Assembly (NCBI GenBank): GCA_964439965.1
Contig: CAYTQG010000002.1
Coordinates: 5,008 to 69,007, forward strand
Origin: an uncultured Proteiniphilum sp.
GTDB lineage: Bacteria; Bacteroidota; Bacteroidia; Bacteroidales; Dysgonomonadaceae
DNA length: 64,000 nucleotides
Reading direction: 5' to 3'
The translations under genes and the position numbers were made by a program. The first letter of the stretch is position 1. The number at the start of each line of letters is the position of its first letter. The notes under the pieces are model-generated. The model was given only the letters and a program-made list of their open reading frames with translations. It had not been told where the DNA came from and searched no databases. Positions 1 to 9,932 of the stretch are shown here, in pieces.

Positions 1-350
1 CCGTCCCATTGCACACTACCTTGTATCATGAATGTGATAACTCCAAATAGTGCACCTATAACCACTAGTGGATGTAAACGAATGATTCTGCGTTTGAAGA
101 AATCTTTGACTGACATTCTGTGCCATCTGTCGTCATATGCGTAGCTAATAACGAAGCCTGAGAGGACAAAGAAAAAGTCAACTGCTAAGTAACCATGATT
201 AAATCGCTGATCGATAGGACTGGTGGCAAATGCTTCAAAAACATGATACCAAATAACCATTAGGGCCGCCACTCCGCGAAGACCATTGAGTGCTTCGAAA
301 TGTGGTTTTGAATCTGCGTAAGCAGAACCCGACATTCGTTTGAAGTTCAT
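1..350 (-). CDS. Acyltransferase 3 (OafA-like) membrane protein; N-terminal part only, runs off the window edge
   Basis: Manual translation from ATG at 350: MNFKRMSGSAYADSKPHFEALNGLRGVAALMVIWYH...GYLAVDFFFVLSGF...FFKRRIIRLHP, which carries the typical acyltransferase-3 motifs. Confidence 0.85.
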   Translation of the reverse strand, partial: MNFKRMSGSAYADSKPHFEALNGLRGVAALMVIWYHVFEAFATSPIDQRFNHGYLAVDFFFVLSGFVISYAYDDRWHRMSVKDFFKRRIIRLHPLVVIGALFGVITFMIQGSVQWD

Positions 351-498
351 CTCTATTACTTTTTAGTTGGCAAAAATAGCTTTTAATAATGATTGAAACA
401 AAGAATGATTATAAATTGTGAGTTATTCTGTATTTGTGCCCAGGCAGTTATTAATTGGTATAGTATGTTGGTAGTATAGTTTGTGAAATTATAGTATG

Positions 499-549
499 AA
501 AAAAAGACACAGTTGCCAATATTAATATAATAGGCAATCTGTGTCTTTT
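499..549 (-). terminator. Intrinsic terminator downstream of pgm
   Basis: AAAAGACACAG-TTGCC...GGCAA-T-CTGTGTCTTTT inverted repeat with A/T tracts. Confidence 0.75.
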
Positions 550-571
550 GTAATTATAATATGTAACCTAG

Positions 572-2323
572 TTACAGACCGAAGTGCTCTTTTAAAGCTT
601 CAATTTTTACATTTGCTCCTGCTTCTGCTTTAGCAATTTCTTCGGCTGAAGATACCTTTGGTCCTTTCACTTCAAGATAGAATTTAATCTTTGGTTCAGT
701 TCCAGAAGGACGAATTGATACTTTTGTGCCATCCTCAGTAAAGTATTGTAGCACATTGGAAGTAGTAGGCATTGCTAGTGTTGTAACTTCATCTTTTTTG
801 AAATCATAGCTCTCAAGTTTCGCATAATCTTTTGACAAAATAACTGGCGAACCTGCTAGCTCTTTAATTGGGTTGGCTCTGAAGTTTTTCATCATTGCCT
901 CAATTTCGTCTGCTCCTTCTTTACCTGTGCGTACAAGTGAAATATTTACCTCTTTAGAGTATCCGTATTCCATGTATATATCCTGCACTATGTTATACAC
1001 CGTTTTTCCTTGATCTTTTGCCCAAGCTGCAATCTCAGCAAATAATGTACATGCAGAAACTGAATCCTTGTCTCGAACAAAATCATCAGCTAAAAATCCG
1101 AAGCTCTCTTCACCACCTCCGATATATTTTTTCTTGCCTTCATTATCGCGTATTATTTGAGCTATCCATTTAAATCCTGTGTAGCAATCGTACATCTCAA
1201 CATTGTTTTTCTTAGCAATTTCTTTGATTAACTCTGTTGAAACAATTGTTTTAACTATAAACTCTTTACCAGTAAGTAGTTCTCTTTGCTTACGTTGGGT
1301 TACAAGGTAGTAAGTCAATACAAGCAATATTTGGTTGCCATTTAGCAAGAAGAAATTGCCGTCATTGTCTTTAATTGCTGCTCCTATTCTGTCAGCATCT
1401 GGGTCGGTAGCCAATACTATATCAGCATCTTGTTCGATAGCTTTTTTGATAGCTAAGTCTAGTGCTGCTGGTTCCTCTGGATTTGGTGAAACAACTGTAG
1501 GAAAATCGCCACTAATAACATTTTGCTCAGGCACATCGATGATGTTAGTAAACCCAATAGCTTTTAGTGTATCAGGAATTAGCTTAATACCAGTTCCGTG
1601 AATTGGAGTGTAAACAATCTTCAAGTCGTGCTGGTTGGCAATAGCTTCAGGTGATAAAACAAAGCTTTTTACTCTATTGATAAATGCTTTGTCCATGTCC
1701 TCACCAATTATTTCAATCAAATCTTTGTTGCCTTCAAATTTGATATCGTCAATTGACGAAACTCTATTTACCTCGCCGATAATGTTTTTGTCGTGAGGTC
1801 CTAGTACTTGAGCACCATCTTCCCAATATGCTTTAAAGCCATTATACTCTTTGGGATTGTGAGATGCAGTAATCATTACTCCACTTTGGCATCCAAGTTT
1901 TCGTATGGCATAAGATACTTCGGGGGTAGGTCTTAGTTCTTCAAAAAGATATACTTTTATATTGTTAGCACTAAAAATATCAGCAACAATCTCTGCAAAC
2001 TTGCGACTATTATTTCTGCAGTCGTGTCCTATCACTACTTTGATTTGCTTAAGTGAATCAAATTCTTTAAGTAGATAATTTGCTAAACCTTGAGTTGCTG
2101 CGCCAACAGTATATTTGTTCATCCTATTGCTTCCTGCACCCATAATGCCACGAAGTCCACCTGTACCAAATTCCAAGTCTTTGTAAAATGCATCGATAAG
2201 TTGACTTTTGTCTTCATTATCTAGCATTTCTCTAACTTCTTCTTTAGTTTTGTCGTCATAGTTCCCCTCAAGCCACATTTGAGCCTTGTGAGATACTTGA
2301 TCTAATAATGTCTCGTTACTCAT
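572..2323 (-). CDS. pgm: Phosphoglucomutase / phospho-sugar mutase
   Basis: FGTGGLRG, ITASHNP phosphoserine motif, DPDADR metal motif, GEES, RPSGTEPKIK. Confidence 0.93.
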   Translation of the reverse strand: MSNETLLDQVSHKAQMWLEGNYDDKTKEEVREMLDNEDKSQLIDAFYKDLEFGTGGLRGIMGAGSNRMNKYTVGAATQGLANYLLKEFDSLKQIKVVIGHDCRNNSRKFAEIVADIFSANNIKVYLFEELRPTPEVSYAIRKLGCQSGVMITASHNPKEYNGFKAYWEDGAQVLGPHDKNIIGEVNRVSSIDDIKFEGNKDLIEIIGEDMDKAFINRVKSFVLSPEAIANQHDLKIVYTPIHGTGIKLIPDTLKAIGFTNIIDVPEQNVISGDFPTVVSPNPEEPAALDLAIKKAIEQDADIVLATDPDADRIGAAIKDNDGNFFLLNGNQILLVLTYYLVTQRKQRELLTGKEFIVKTIVSTELIKEIAKKNNVEMYDCYTGFKWIAQIIRDNEGKKKYIGGGEESFGFLADDFVRDKDSVSACTLFAEIAAWAKDQGKTVYNIVQDIYMEYGYSKEVNISLVRTGKEGADEIEAMMKNFRANPIKELAGSPVILSKDYAKLESYDFKKDEVTTLAMPTTSNVLQYFTEDGTKVSIRPSGTEPKIKFYLEVKGPKVSSAEEIAKAEAGANVKIEALKEHFGL

Positions 2324-2459
2324 AAAATTTATATGTTTTGTTTTGTTTTATTTCATATTCAAGCCCTAAGATAACAATGTCTTAAATCTTTTGTTTTGTA
2401 TGTGTATCTGTTTTGTAATTTATTAAAAGAAAAATGGGCCCAAAAATACACATTATTAT

Positions 2460-4100
2460 TTATTCAACTGGCAATACTTTATATTTATCTCCTGTTTGTT
2501 CTATCACCTTTTTGTAAAACTCTTCAGAGTATCCTGTTCTAATTGGTGATGCAGGCTGTCCGTGTTCATTTCTCTTGAATTGTCCATTATCCTCGGGCTT
2601 CACCACTCCGTCTATATATTTGACAAGTAGGTATTGGCTAAGCTTTTTCCACTCTGTCATGCCATCTTCAACTAATTTGTTGGTATAGTTGGTTAGATAT
2701 GTAACAGCCTCATCATTAGAATTGTTGAACAATTCCTGTGCTTTATTTTCAACTTGTGGTTGATTACTTTCAAATTTGTCCTCTAGCATCTGCTGAACCT
2801 TTTGTAAATCTTTGATTTTATCGCTATATCTGGTATAAACCATGTTCGAAACAAGATTATGTGTCCAAAAGGCTGAGGTTTCTGAATAGGTTAATAAATC
2901 GCCGTTTCCTACCTCCATTTCATGAGGAACTTTATTGTGACCGCTATAGAATGGATAGTAAACTGTTTGTGCTGCATCATCTATGCCAAACCAAAGGATA
3001 CCACCTATTGGGCTGGGCAACCATGAACGCATTTGGGCTATAAACGAAAATCCAGTTTGCTGTGTAGCAATTGGTCTTTCGTTGCAATAGGCTACCGAGT
3101 CAACCTCATATGTTAGTGGCGACCATCTGTAAGGCGAATTAAAAGGACCTGCACCAATATCGTATCTCCAGTCTAGTTCAGTGTCTTCGTAATGATCGCG
3201 CATAAGGTTTTGGATATCTCTTACACTAAGCTTGTTGTCAGCTTTGATATATAATGGCATTGGGTCGGTAGTTTTACCTTGGGCGTATGTTACATACTCG
3301 CCCATTGAGCTGTTTACTCTGTTAAAGAATGACCAAACACGAGCCTCACAAAAGCGAAGTGCTCCAAAATCAAGAGGTGCATAAGCTTGGGCAAAGCTAA
3401 AGTCATCATCATTTCCTTCATAATATCCTTTTTCTTTGGCAAAAGAAATTACATCAGGCGAATAGATGCAATTTTCTGAATCATTGAGTGGGAATTGTTG
3501 GATGCGAGCTTGATTGGCATGGGCCGAAACACAATCGTCTGGAATGCGCACTGCTACCCATACTGCTCCTTTGTTTCCTTCGCCTTTCCCTATCATCTCC
3601 ATTACCCATACCTCGTTTGGGTCGGCTATCGAGAATGACTCACCTGAGCTATAAAAGCCATGCTCCTCAACAAGGCTTGTCATTACTTGTATTGCTTCGC
3701 GAGCAGATTTAGCTCTTTGTAGAGTAATGTATATCAGACTACCATAATCCATTATTCCATTTTTATCCTGTAGTTCGGGTCTGCCTCCAAAAGTTGTTTC
3801 ACCAATTGCGAGTTGATGCTCATTCATATTGCCAATCACATTATATGTTTGAAGGGCCTGTGGTATTTCACCTAGATATTTTCCTGAATCCCATTCATAT
3901 ACTTTCAGCATCGTTCCCTTGGGGTATGTGGCTGCTGGCCAATGATAAAGTTCGCCATAAAGATTATATGAGTCGGCTGAGTAGGAAATAATAGTGGAGC
4001 CATCTTTAGAGGCTTTTTTGCCAACTAGAAAGTTTGTGCATGGATACGTACTTGATACTGCTAGTAAGAATATCCAGATACTTAAAAATGTTCTTTTCAT
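2460..4100 (-). CDS. Secreted peptidase C69 family dipeptidase
   Basis: Signal peptide then CTNFLVGKKASKDGS (N-terminal nucleophile Cys), GNMNEHQLAIGETT, HANQARI. Confidence 0.85.
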   Translation of the reverse strand: MKRTFLSIWIFLLAVSSTYPCTNFLVGKKASKDGSTIISYSADSYNLYGELYHWPAATYPKGTMLKVYEWDSGKYLGEIPQALQTYNVIGNMNEHQLAIGETTFGGRPELQDKNGIMDYGSLIYITLQRAKSAREAIQVMTSLVEEHGFYSSGESFSIADPNEVWVMEMIGKGEGNKGAVWVAVRIPDDCVSAHANQARIQQFPLNDSENCIYSPDVISFAKEKGYYEGNDDDFSFAQAYAPLDFGALRFCEARVWSFFNRVNSSMGEYVTYAQGKTTDPMPLYIKADNKLSVRDIQNLMRDHYEDTELDWRYDIGAGPFNSPYRWSPLTYEVDSVAYCNERPIATQQTGFSFIAQMRSWLPSPIGGILWFGIDDAAQTVYYPFYSGHNKVPHEMEVGNGDLLTYSETSAFWTHNLVSNMVYTRYSDKIKDLQKVQQMLEDKFESNQPQVENKAQELFNNSNDEAVTYLTNYTNKLVEDGMTEWKKLSQYLLVKYIDGVVKPEDNGQFKRNEHGQPASPIRTGYSEEFYKKVIEQTGDKYKVLPVE

Positions 4101-4252
4101 TATTTACATTAAATTAAAAGTTTATAGACCATAAAGATAGTTTAAAAATATGAGATACCGAATATGCTTTATTATAATTCTGAATTCAATTAGTAAGTAA
4201 CTTGATTAACAATGAAAAATAGTTTATTTTTGTAGCTTAAATTTCAACTAAA

Positions 4253-4561
4253 ATGAACATCAGGGATATTAAAAAATGGCTTACTCGAAGAATTATGAGA
4301 TTATCTGTTATTCAGATTATAGTGCTTGTGGTTCTGATTGCTATGTTGTTTATTTTTGGTGATAGTAGTTTGTTGAAAAGGAGAAAGTACGAAAAGGAGA
4401 TTAAAGATTTAAAAACTCAAATTGAGTACTATAGAGAGCAAACAGAAATAGATAAGGCGAAGCTAGAAGAATTGCAATCGAGCCTTGATAACCTTGAGAA
4501 GTATGCCAGAGAGAACTATTTGATGAAAAGAAAGGATGAAGAGGTTTTTATAATCAAATAA
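4253..4561 (+). CDS. Septum formation initiator (FtsB/DivIC family)
   Basis: Single TM helix, coiled coil, LEKYARENYLMKRKDEEVF motif. Confidence 0.8.
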   Translation: MNIRDIKKWLTRRIMRLSVIQIIVLVVLIAMLFIFGDSSLLKRRKYEKEIKDLKTQIEYYREQTEIDKAKLEELQSSLDNLEKYARENYLMKRKDEEVFIIK

Positions 4562-4650
4562 TCTGTGTTTTTCTTTTTTACTTATAATGGTTGTAGTCGG
4601 GCATAGTATAGTAATATCTATCCTTTATGTATTAAAAAGTTTATAATTAG

Positions 4651-4995
4651 ATGCGTAATTTAAAAGATCTGTTTTATAAGGTTTCGGCTGTTTTAATTTT
4701 AATTTCTGCAGTGCTATATTTGACAAGTCCTCTTATAGCTTCTTGGATAATGGTTTTTTCGGTTGTGGTTTTTACGAGCATAACTTTATCTTCCCCTTAT
4801 CCAGGCAAGAGTTTGCGTGGCAAGCGATTATTTAATATGCAGATATTATCTTGTGTTTTTATGCTTGCAGCTGCTTATTTGATGTTTACTTCAAATAATT
4901 TGTGGCCTTTGGCGATGCTAGCAGGCACTGTCTTTTTATTATATACATCAATATTTATTCCCATAGAGTTGAAAAATGAGAAACATAAGGAATAG
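4651..4995 (+). CDS. Small four-TM hypothetical membrane protein
   Basis: 114-aa ORF with four hydrophobic segments, in line with neighbouring genes. Confidence 0.7.
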   Translation: MRNLKDLFYKVSAVLILISAVLYLTSPLIASWIMVFSVVVFTSITLSSPYPGKSLRGKRLFNMQILSCVFMLAAAYLMFTSNNLWPLAMLAGTVFLLYTSIFIPIELKNEKHKE

Positions 4996-5016
4996 ATATT
5001 CTTAATTGATTTGAAT

Positions 5017-6288
5017 ATGGAGAATATATTAGTTGTAGATGACAATCTTACTATCTGTCTGATGCTTAAGTCTTGGCTGATAAAAAAAGATTATAATGTT
5101 GATACTGCATCTAATGTTGCCGATGCTATAGGTAAAGTGAAATCTAATACATATGATCTTATCTTGTCTGATATTAGAATGCCTGATGAAGATGGATTCT
5201 ATTTTTTGGAGTGGATTAAGCGATATGATACTAGTATACAAATGATAATGATGACCAGCTTTGCTGATATAGAGTCTGCAGTTGAGTCAATTAAAATGGG
5301 TGCCTTTGATTATATTCCAAAGCCAATTGATGCTAATGCATTGTTTAGCAAAATAGAAGAAGCCTTTAAGAAGAGTGAGATTGATAGGCGTCACAAAGAA
5401 CTAGATCAGGAGTTTGTGAGACCTGAAGGGCTTGAGATAGAAGAGAATCATGATAAAATGATTAGTGCTATTAATGAAAGGCTACACCTGCTAATTATGG
5501 GCGATAATGGAACTGGTAAAAGTACTGCAGCTAAATTTATTTATATAAAGAATACTCAAATCAATGGCCCATTTGTAGTGATGGATATGGCTGAGCCTAG
5601 CTTCGAATCTGACAAGGTAACGGATGATTTGCATTTTAGGGATTGCTTTGAAAAGGCTAGGGGAGGATTGTTATATATAAAGGGATTTAAGAAAGCTAGC
5701 ATACAATTTCAAACATTACTGCTTGATGCACTTACAAAGCAAAGTAAGGATGATGATTATACGCAAATAGTAATATCTACATCAAACAGTAAAAGCCAAA
5801 TAAAGGAGTACTTAGTGCCAAAGTTGGCAGATAAAATGCTTGAATTATGCTTGCTGCTTCCAGGTATTAGGGGGAATAAAAAGGCTATTAGATCATTTTC
5901 TGAAGCATTTTTGAAAATGGCTAATAGAGAGCTTAATAAGAAAATACTTAGTATATCAAATGAGGTGTATGATGTCATGTATGAGCAAAAGTGGGAGGGC
6001 AATATTCAAGAATTAAAAAATATGGTTTTTAAAATGGTGCTATTGACTGAAGGTGACACAATCAACACCGATATTATTCCCGTTATAAAAGATAAACCTA
6101 AGTATCTTTATAGCAATATGGAAATATTTAAGGATGGCTCACTTGAAGGATTTAAAAGAGAAAACTTTGAGAAGAAAAAGATAGAAGAGGCACTTAGTAT
6201 TGCTAAAGGAAATAAAACTCTTGCTGCAACAATATTGAATATCGATAGAAAAACACTTTATAACAAAATTAGATTGTATGAAATATAA
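5017..6288 (+). CDS. NtrC/Fis-type response regulator (REC + degenerate AAA+ + HTH)
   Basis: ILVVDD...SDIRMP...YIPKP receiver; Walker A GDNGTGKS; WEGNIQELKN; C-terminal GNKTLAATILNIDRKTLYNK HTH. ATG 5017 preferred over TTG 5011. Confidence 0.88.
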   Translation: MENILVVDDNLTICLMLKSWLIKKDYNVDTASNVADAIGKVKSNTYDLILSDIRMPDEDGFYFLEWIKRYDTSIQMIMMTSFADIESAVESIKMGAFDYIPKPIDANALFSKIEEAFKKSEIDRRHKELDQEFVRPEGLEIEENHDKMISAINERLHLLIMGDNGTGKSTAAKFIYIKNTQINGPFVVMDMAEPSFESDKVTDDLHFRDCFEKARGGLLYIKGFKKASIQFQTLLLDALTKQSKDDDYTQIVISTSNSKSQIKEYLVPKLADKMLELCLLLPGIRGNKKAIRSFSEAFLKMANRELNKKILSISNEVYDVMYEQKWEGNIQELKNMVFKMVLLTEGDTINTDIIPVIKDKPKYLYSNMEIFKDGSLEGFKRENFEKKKIEEALSIAKGNKTLAATILNIDRKTLYNKIRLYEI

Positions 6289-6319
6289 TTATACATGATA
6301 CTTTTAATTCAATTATTAT

Positions 6320-8827
6320 ATGAAAAATAGGGGTACTAATTCAATTGTAAAATATATTGTAATTGGTGGATATGTGTTATTGGTAGCAATAATGCTATTG
6401 GGATTATGGGCTATATTCAAAAACTTAGTAGATTTCTCTGAGAAAAAAGTAAGAGACGAAGATAGGAGAGAGCTTGTAATTGTTAGCAATATAATTAATG
6501 AGTTGTACGAAGCTGAAGGCTATAATGATTTGTTGACCTATGATAGCGCCAAAGACTATTTACAATCGTTTAGTGATGCAAAACCCAATGTGTTTTTAAG
6601 AATTGATACTTTGAAGCAGCTATCCATCGATACTATGAGGGTGTCGCAATTGGATTCACTACAAATGTTACTTAATCAGAAGGAGGAAAACCTGATTTCG
6701 GTGATAAGCCTTATGGACTCGCTTCGTAAAGTGCCTCCGATAATTAGAGAGTCAATAAATACGTATGTTCCAAAGAAATTGAATTCTAATATTTCAGATT
6801 ATATAGAGCAGAATATAGTTGAGGATATTGTAGAAAATGCAAATACAGATACTACCGTAATAAGACGTGAGAGAAAAGGACTTATTAGGAGACTTGGTGA
6901 CGCGATTGCTGGTAAACAAGACTCTACCGTTATTCTTGAAAATAGGCCAATAAGGGTGGTGCAAAAGGATTTTTCGCTTGTGGTGGATACAATAGTTAAT
7001 ATGGTTAGATATTCAGAGCGATTAAATCTAGAGAGTCAAAAGAAGTTTCAGATAGCTTTGGTGAGTAGGCAAGCAGCGATGAGTAATACTAATCAAATAT
7101 TGACATCGAGAGTTGATGAACTACTTAAACATATAGAAAAGGAAGAGCTTGAAAAGGCTATTTCGTTGGTTGAAGCCAAGGAGGATACAATTTCAAGATC
7201 ATACAATACTGTATCGTGGCTTTCGTTACTAGCAGTACTGATAGCACTTGTATTTGGGTTTTTATTTATAGTTGATATAAATAAAAGTCAGAGGTATAAG
7301 AGACGCTTGGAAGAATCTAATCATAGAATTAGTAAGCTGCTGAAATCGAGAGAAAAACTTATGTACTCAATATCTCACGATATAAAGGCGCCTATGAACT
7401 CTATAATGGGGTATTTAGAGCTTATGAAGTCTAAATCAGATAAAGGGTCTGATGAGATGTATTTAAATAATATGAAGCTATCTGGAGAGCATATTTTACA
7501 GTTGGTATATAATTTGCTCAATTTTCAGAAAATTGAATCTGGTAAATGGTCTAGAAATAATATGAACTTTGAAGTTCAGAGCTTTGCTAGAAACACGATT
7601 GATAGTTTTGTTCCATTAGCTAATCAGAAAAACCTGTCTTTCAAGGTAAATAATCACCTTGATAAAAATTTGGTTGTCTTTGGCGATCCGTTTATGATCA
7701 GGGAGGTGTATTCGAATATAATATCTAATGCTATTAAATATACTTCAGAAGGATATGTGGAGGTGACGGTAGAGCATGACTCTTCAGAAGGAATGCTTAA
7801 ACTCACCGTTAAAGATACCGGTGTCGGTATTTCTGATGAAGATAAGCATTTAGTATTTGAGGAGTTTGAGCAAATAAAACAAGAGGGTAGTAATGTGCAT
7901 TTTACAACTGGAAACGGTTTGGGAATGGCTATAACAAAAGGATTGGTGGATGAGATGAATGGTGACATAAGTTTTAATTCAACTAAGGGTGTTGGAACTG
8001 AGTTTTTTGTTTCTATACCTGTTGAAATATCTATTGATGATAAAGCAAAAAAGAATGTATCACAAAATAATGGATCGAGTGATTTAAAACTTTCTAATCT
8101 ATCAGTTTTATTTGTAGATGATGATTCAATTCAACAGACATTAGTGAAAGAAATTTTAAAGCCTCATAATGTAAGGGTAGTTTCAGAGACAAACCCAATA
8201 AATGTTTTTAATATCTTGAAGAATCAATCTTTCGATCTGATTTTTCTTGATATACAAATGCCTGGAATGAATGGCTTTGCACTTATAAAGGAGATAAAAG
8301 AATTAAGTATAGCTAATGGGACTCCAATAATTGCTCTTACTGCCACTTCGGAAATTGATGTAGAAGAATATCGTAAGTCTGGCTTTGCTGGTTTGCTACA
8401 AAAGCCATTCAATCCTGATGAGCTTGTTAGGAGTATTAAATCAGTTGTGGAAGATAAGAAACCCTCGGATATAAGTCAATCGATTACTAATGTTTCTATT
8501 GGAATTGATAATTTGATAGCTTATGTAAAGGAAGACTCAGAAAGCTCAAAGTCTATTCTGAGGGCATTTATTTCTGAATGCGAATCGTTGAATATTTCGC
8601 TAAAAAGCCTAAATGGTAATGGGGGTGATAATAATTCAGCGAACCTAGCTCATAAGATGTTACCACTTTTCCAGATGATAGGAGATGAAAAGTTGACAAA
8701 CTTATTAATCTCAATGGAGAGGGGAAAGGAAATTAAAGAAGAGGAATTGAATTTATCTACTAAAAAGATAGATAGTTATATAAAACAGGCAAAAGAGTTG
8801 GTTTCTAATTTTGAAAAGGGGGATTGA
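6320..8827 (+). CDS. Hybrid sensor histidine kinase (2 TM, HisKA, HATPase, REC, probable HPt)
   Basis: SHDIKAP H-box, NAIKYT N-box, DTGVG, GNGLGMAI, LFVDDD/LDIQMP receiver, AHKM HPt-like motif. Confidence 0.9.
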   Translation: MKNRGTNSIVKYIVIGGYVLLVAIMLLGLWAIFKNLVDFSEKKVRDEDRRELVIVSNIINELYEAEGYNDLLTYDSAKDYLQSFSDAKPNVFLRIDTLKQLSIDTMRVSQLDSLQMLLNQKEENLISVISLMDSLRKVPPIIRESINTYVPKKLNSNISDYIEQNIVEDIVENANTDTTVIRRERKGLIRRLGDAIAGKQDSTVILENRPIRVVQKDFSLVVDTIVNMVRYSERLNLESQKKFQIALVSRQAAMSNTNQILTSRVDELLKHIEKEELEKAISLVEAKEDTISRSYNTVSWLSLLAVLIALVFGFLFIVDINKSQRYKRRLEESNHRISKLLKSREKLMYSISHDIKAPMNSIMGYLELMKSKSDKGSDEMYLNNMKLSGEHILQLVYNLLNFQKIESGKWSRNNMNFEVQSFARNTIDSFVPLANQKNLSFKVNNHLDKNLVVFGDPFMIREVYSNIISNAIKYTSEGYVEVTVEHDSSEGMLKLTVKDTGVGISDEDKHLVFEEFEQIKQEGSNVHFTTGNGLGMAITKGLVDEMNGDISFNSTKGVGTEFFVSIPVEISIDDKAKKNVSQNNGSSDLKLSNLSVLFVDDDSIQQTLVKEILKPHNVRVVSETNPINVFNILKNQSFDLIFLDIQMPGMNGFALIKEIKELSIANGTPIIALTATSEIDVEEYRKSGFAGLLQKPFNPDELVRSIKSVVEDKKPSDISQSITNVSIGIDNLIAYVKEDSESSKSILRAFISECESLNISLKSLNGNGGDNNSANLAHKMLPLFQMIGDEKLTNLLISMERGKEIKEEELNLSTKKIDSYIKQAKELVSNFEKGD

Positions 8828-8831
8828 TTTT

Positions 8832-9728
8832 ATGAATAACAATTCACCAATTCGAAAGTATAAACAATATTTGATGATTGAAAGGGGGCTTTCTGTAAAT
8901 ACAATCGATGCATATATGCATGACTTGGATAAGCTTATAGAATACGCTGAGAGTAATAACCTTGGGCTCGGTGATATCAAAACTAGGCATATTGAATCTC
9001 TTCTTGCGGATTTGTATGATAAGAATATAACAGCACGTTCTATAGCTAGAGTTCTCTCTGGGTTAAAATCGTTTTTCAACTTCTTGGAGTTGGATGGGTT
9101 TATTGATATTAATCCTACGGCTCTTATTGAATCTCCAAGTTTGGGTCAGAGATTGCCTATAACTTTATCAATAGAAGAGATAGATGATATACTTGGTGTA
9201 ATTGATGTATCAACTTCAGAGGGAACTAGAAATTATGCTATTATTGAAACTTTGTATAGCTGTGGATTAAGAGTGTCAGAATTGATTAATCTTAGATTCT
9301 CTGATCTGTTTTTTAACGAGGGATTTATTCGTGTTAGAGGGAAGGGAGATAAGCAACGCCTTGTGCCTATTTCGGAGACTGCAATTCAGAAAATTAAAAA
9401 CTACATTCCTTATCGAGCTCAAATAAATATAAAAAGAGGGAGTGAGGATGTTTTGTTTTTGAGTGCAAGAGGAACAGCTATATCACGTATTACAGTTTTT
9501 CATTATGTTCGTAAATATAGTGAAGAGGCTGGAATTGATAAGGATATTAGCCCTCACGTGTTTCGTCACTCTTTTGCTACGCATTTATTAGAGCGAGGAG
9601 CAAACATTAGAGTTATTCAAGAGATGATGGGGCATGAGAAGATATCCACAACAGAAATATATACTCATTTAGACACACAGTATTTACGAGAAGAGATTTT
9701 GGAGCATCATCCAAGGAGTAAAGAATAA
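8832..9728 (+). CDS. xerD: Tyrosine recombinase XerD
   Basis: ERGLSVNTIDAY, GLRVSEL, GKGDKQR, PHVFRHSFATHLL, GHEKISTTEIYTH, C-terminal HPR. ATG 8832 chosen. Confidence 0.88.
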   Translation: MNNNSPIRKYKQYLMIERGLSVNTIDAYMHDLDKLIEYAESNNLGLGDIKTRHIESLLADLYDKNITARSIARVLSGLKSFFNFLELDGFIDINPTALIESPSLGQRLPITLSIEEIDDILGVIDVSTSEGTRNYAIIETLYSCGLRVSELINLRFSDLFFNEGFIRVRGKGDKQRLVPISETAIQKIKNYIPYRAQINIKRGSEDVLFLSARGTAISRITVFHYVRKYSEEAGIDKDISPHVFRHSFATHLLERGANIRVIQEMMGHEKISTTEIYTHLDTQYLREEILEHHPRSKE

Positions 9729-9932
9729 CTTTAGCGAAATGAGATTTATAATAAATACTACACTTATAAAGTATTAGTGTGAGTTCTGAATGACACCTTT
9801 GATGGTAAATAATTTCAATCATATGAAATATATTTACTCTAAAAATGGGAGTCTGGTAATACCAGCAATTATAATTTTTGTATATTTGCTAATTAATAAG
9901 AAAATTGAAACATAAATAAAAAATAATGCCCT

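Noticed and set aside
8832..9728. Tyrosine recombinase as integrase of a mobile element
   Set aside because: Size and motifs fit housekeeping XerD; it sits beside dnaN with no att repeats, tRNA or transfer genes seen.
9729..9932. AT-rich gap before dnaN as oriC
   Set aside because: No TTATCCACA-type DnaA boxes seen and no dnaA; it contains an ordinary TATATTTG promoter element.
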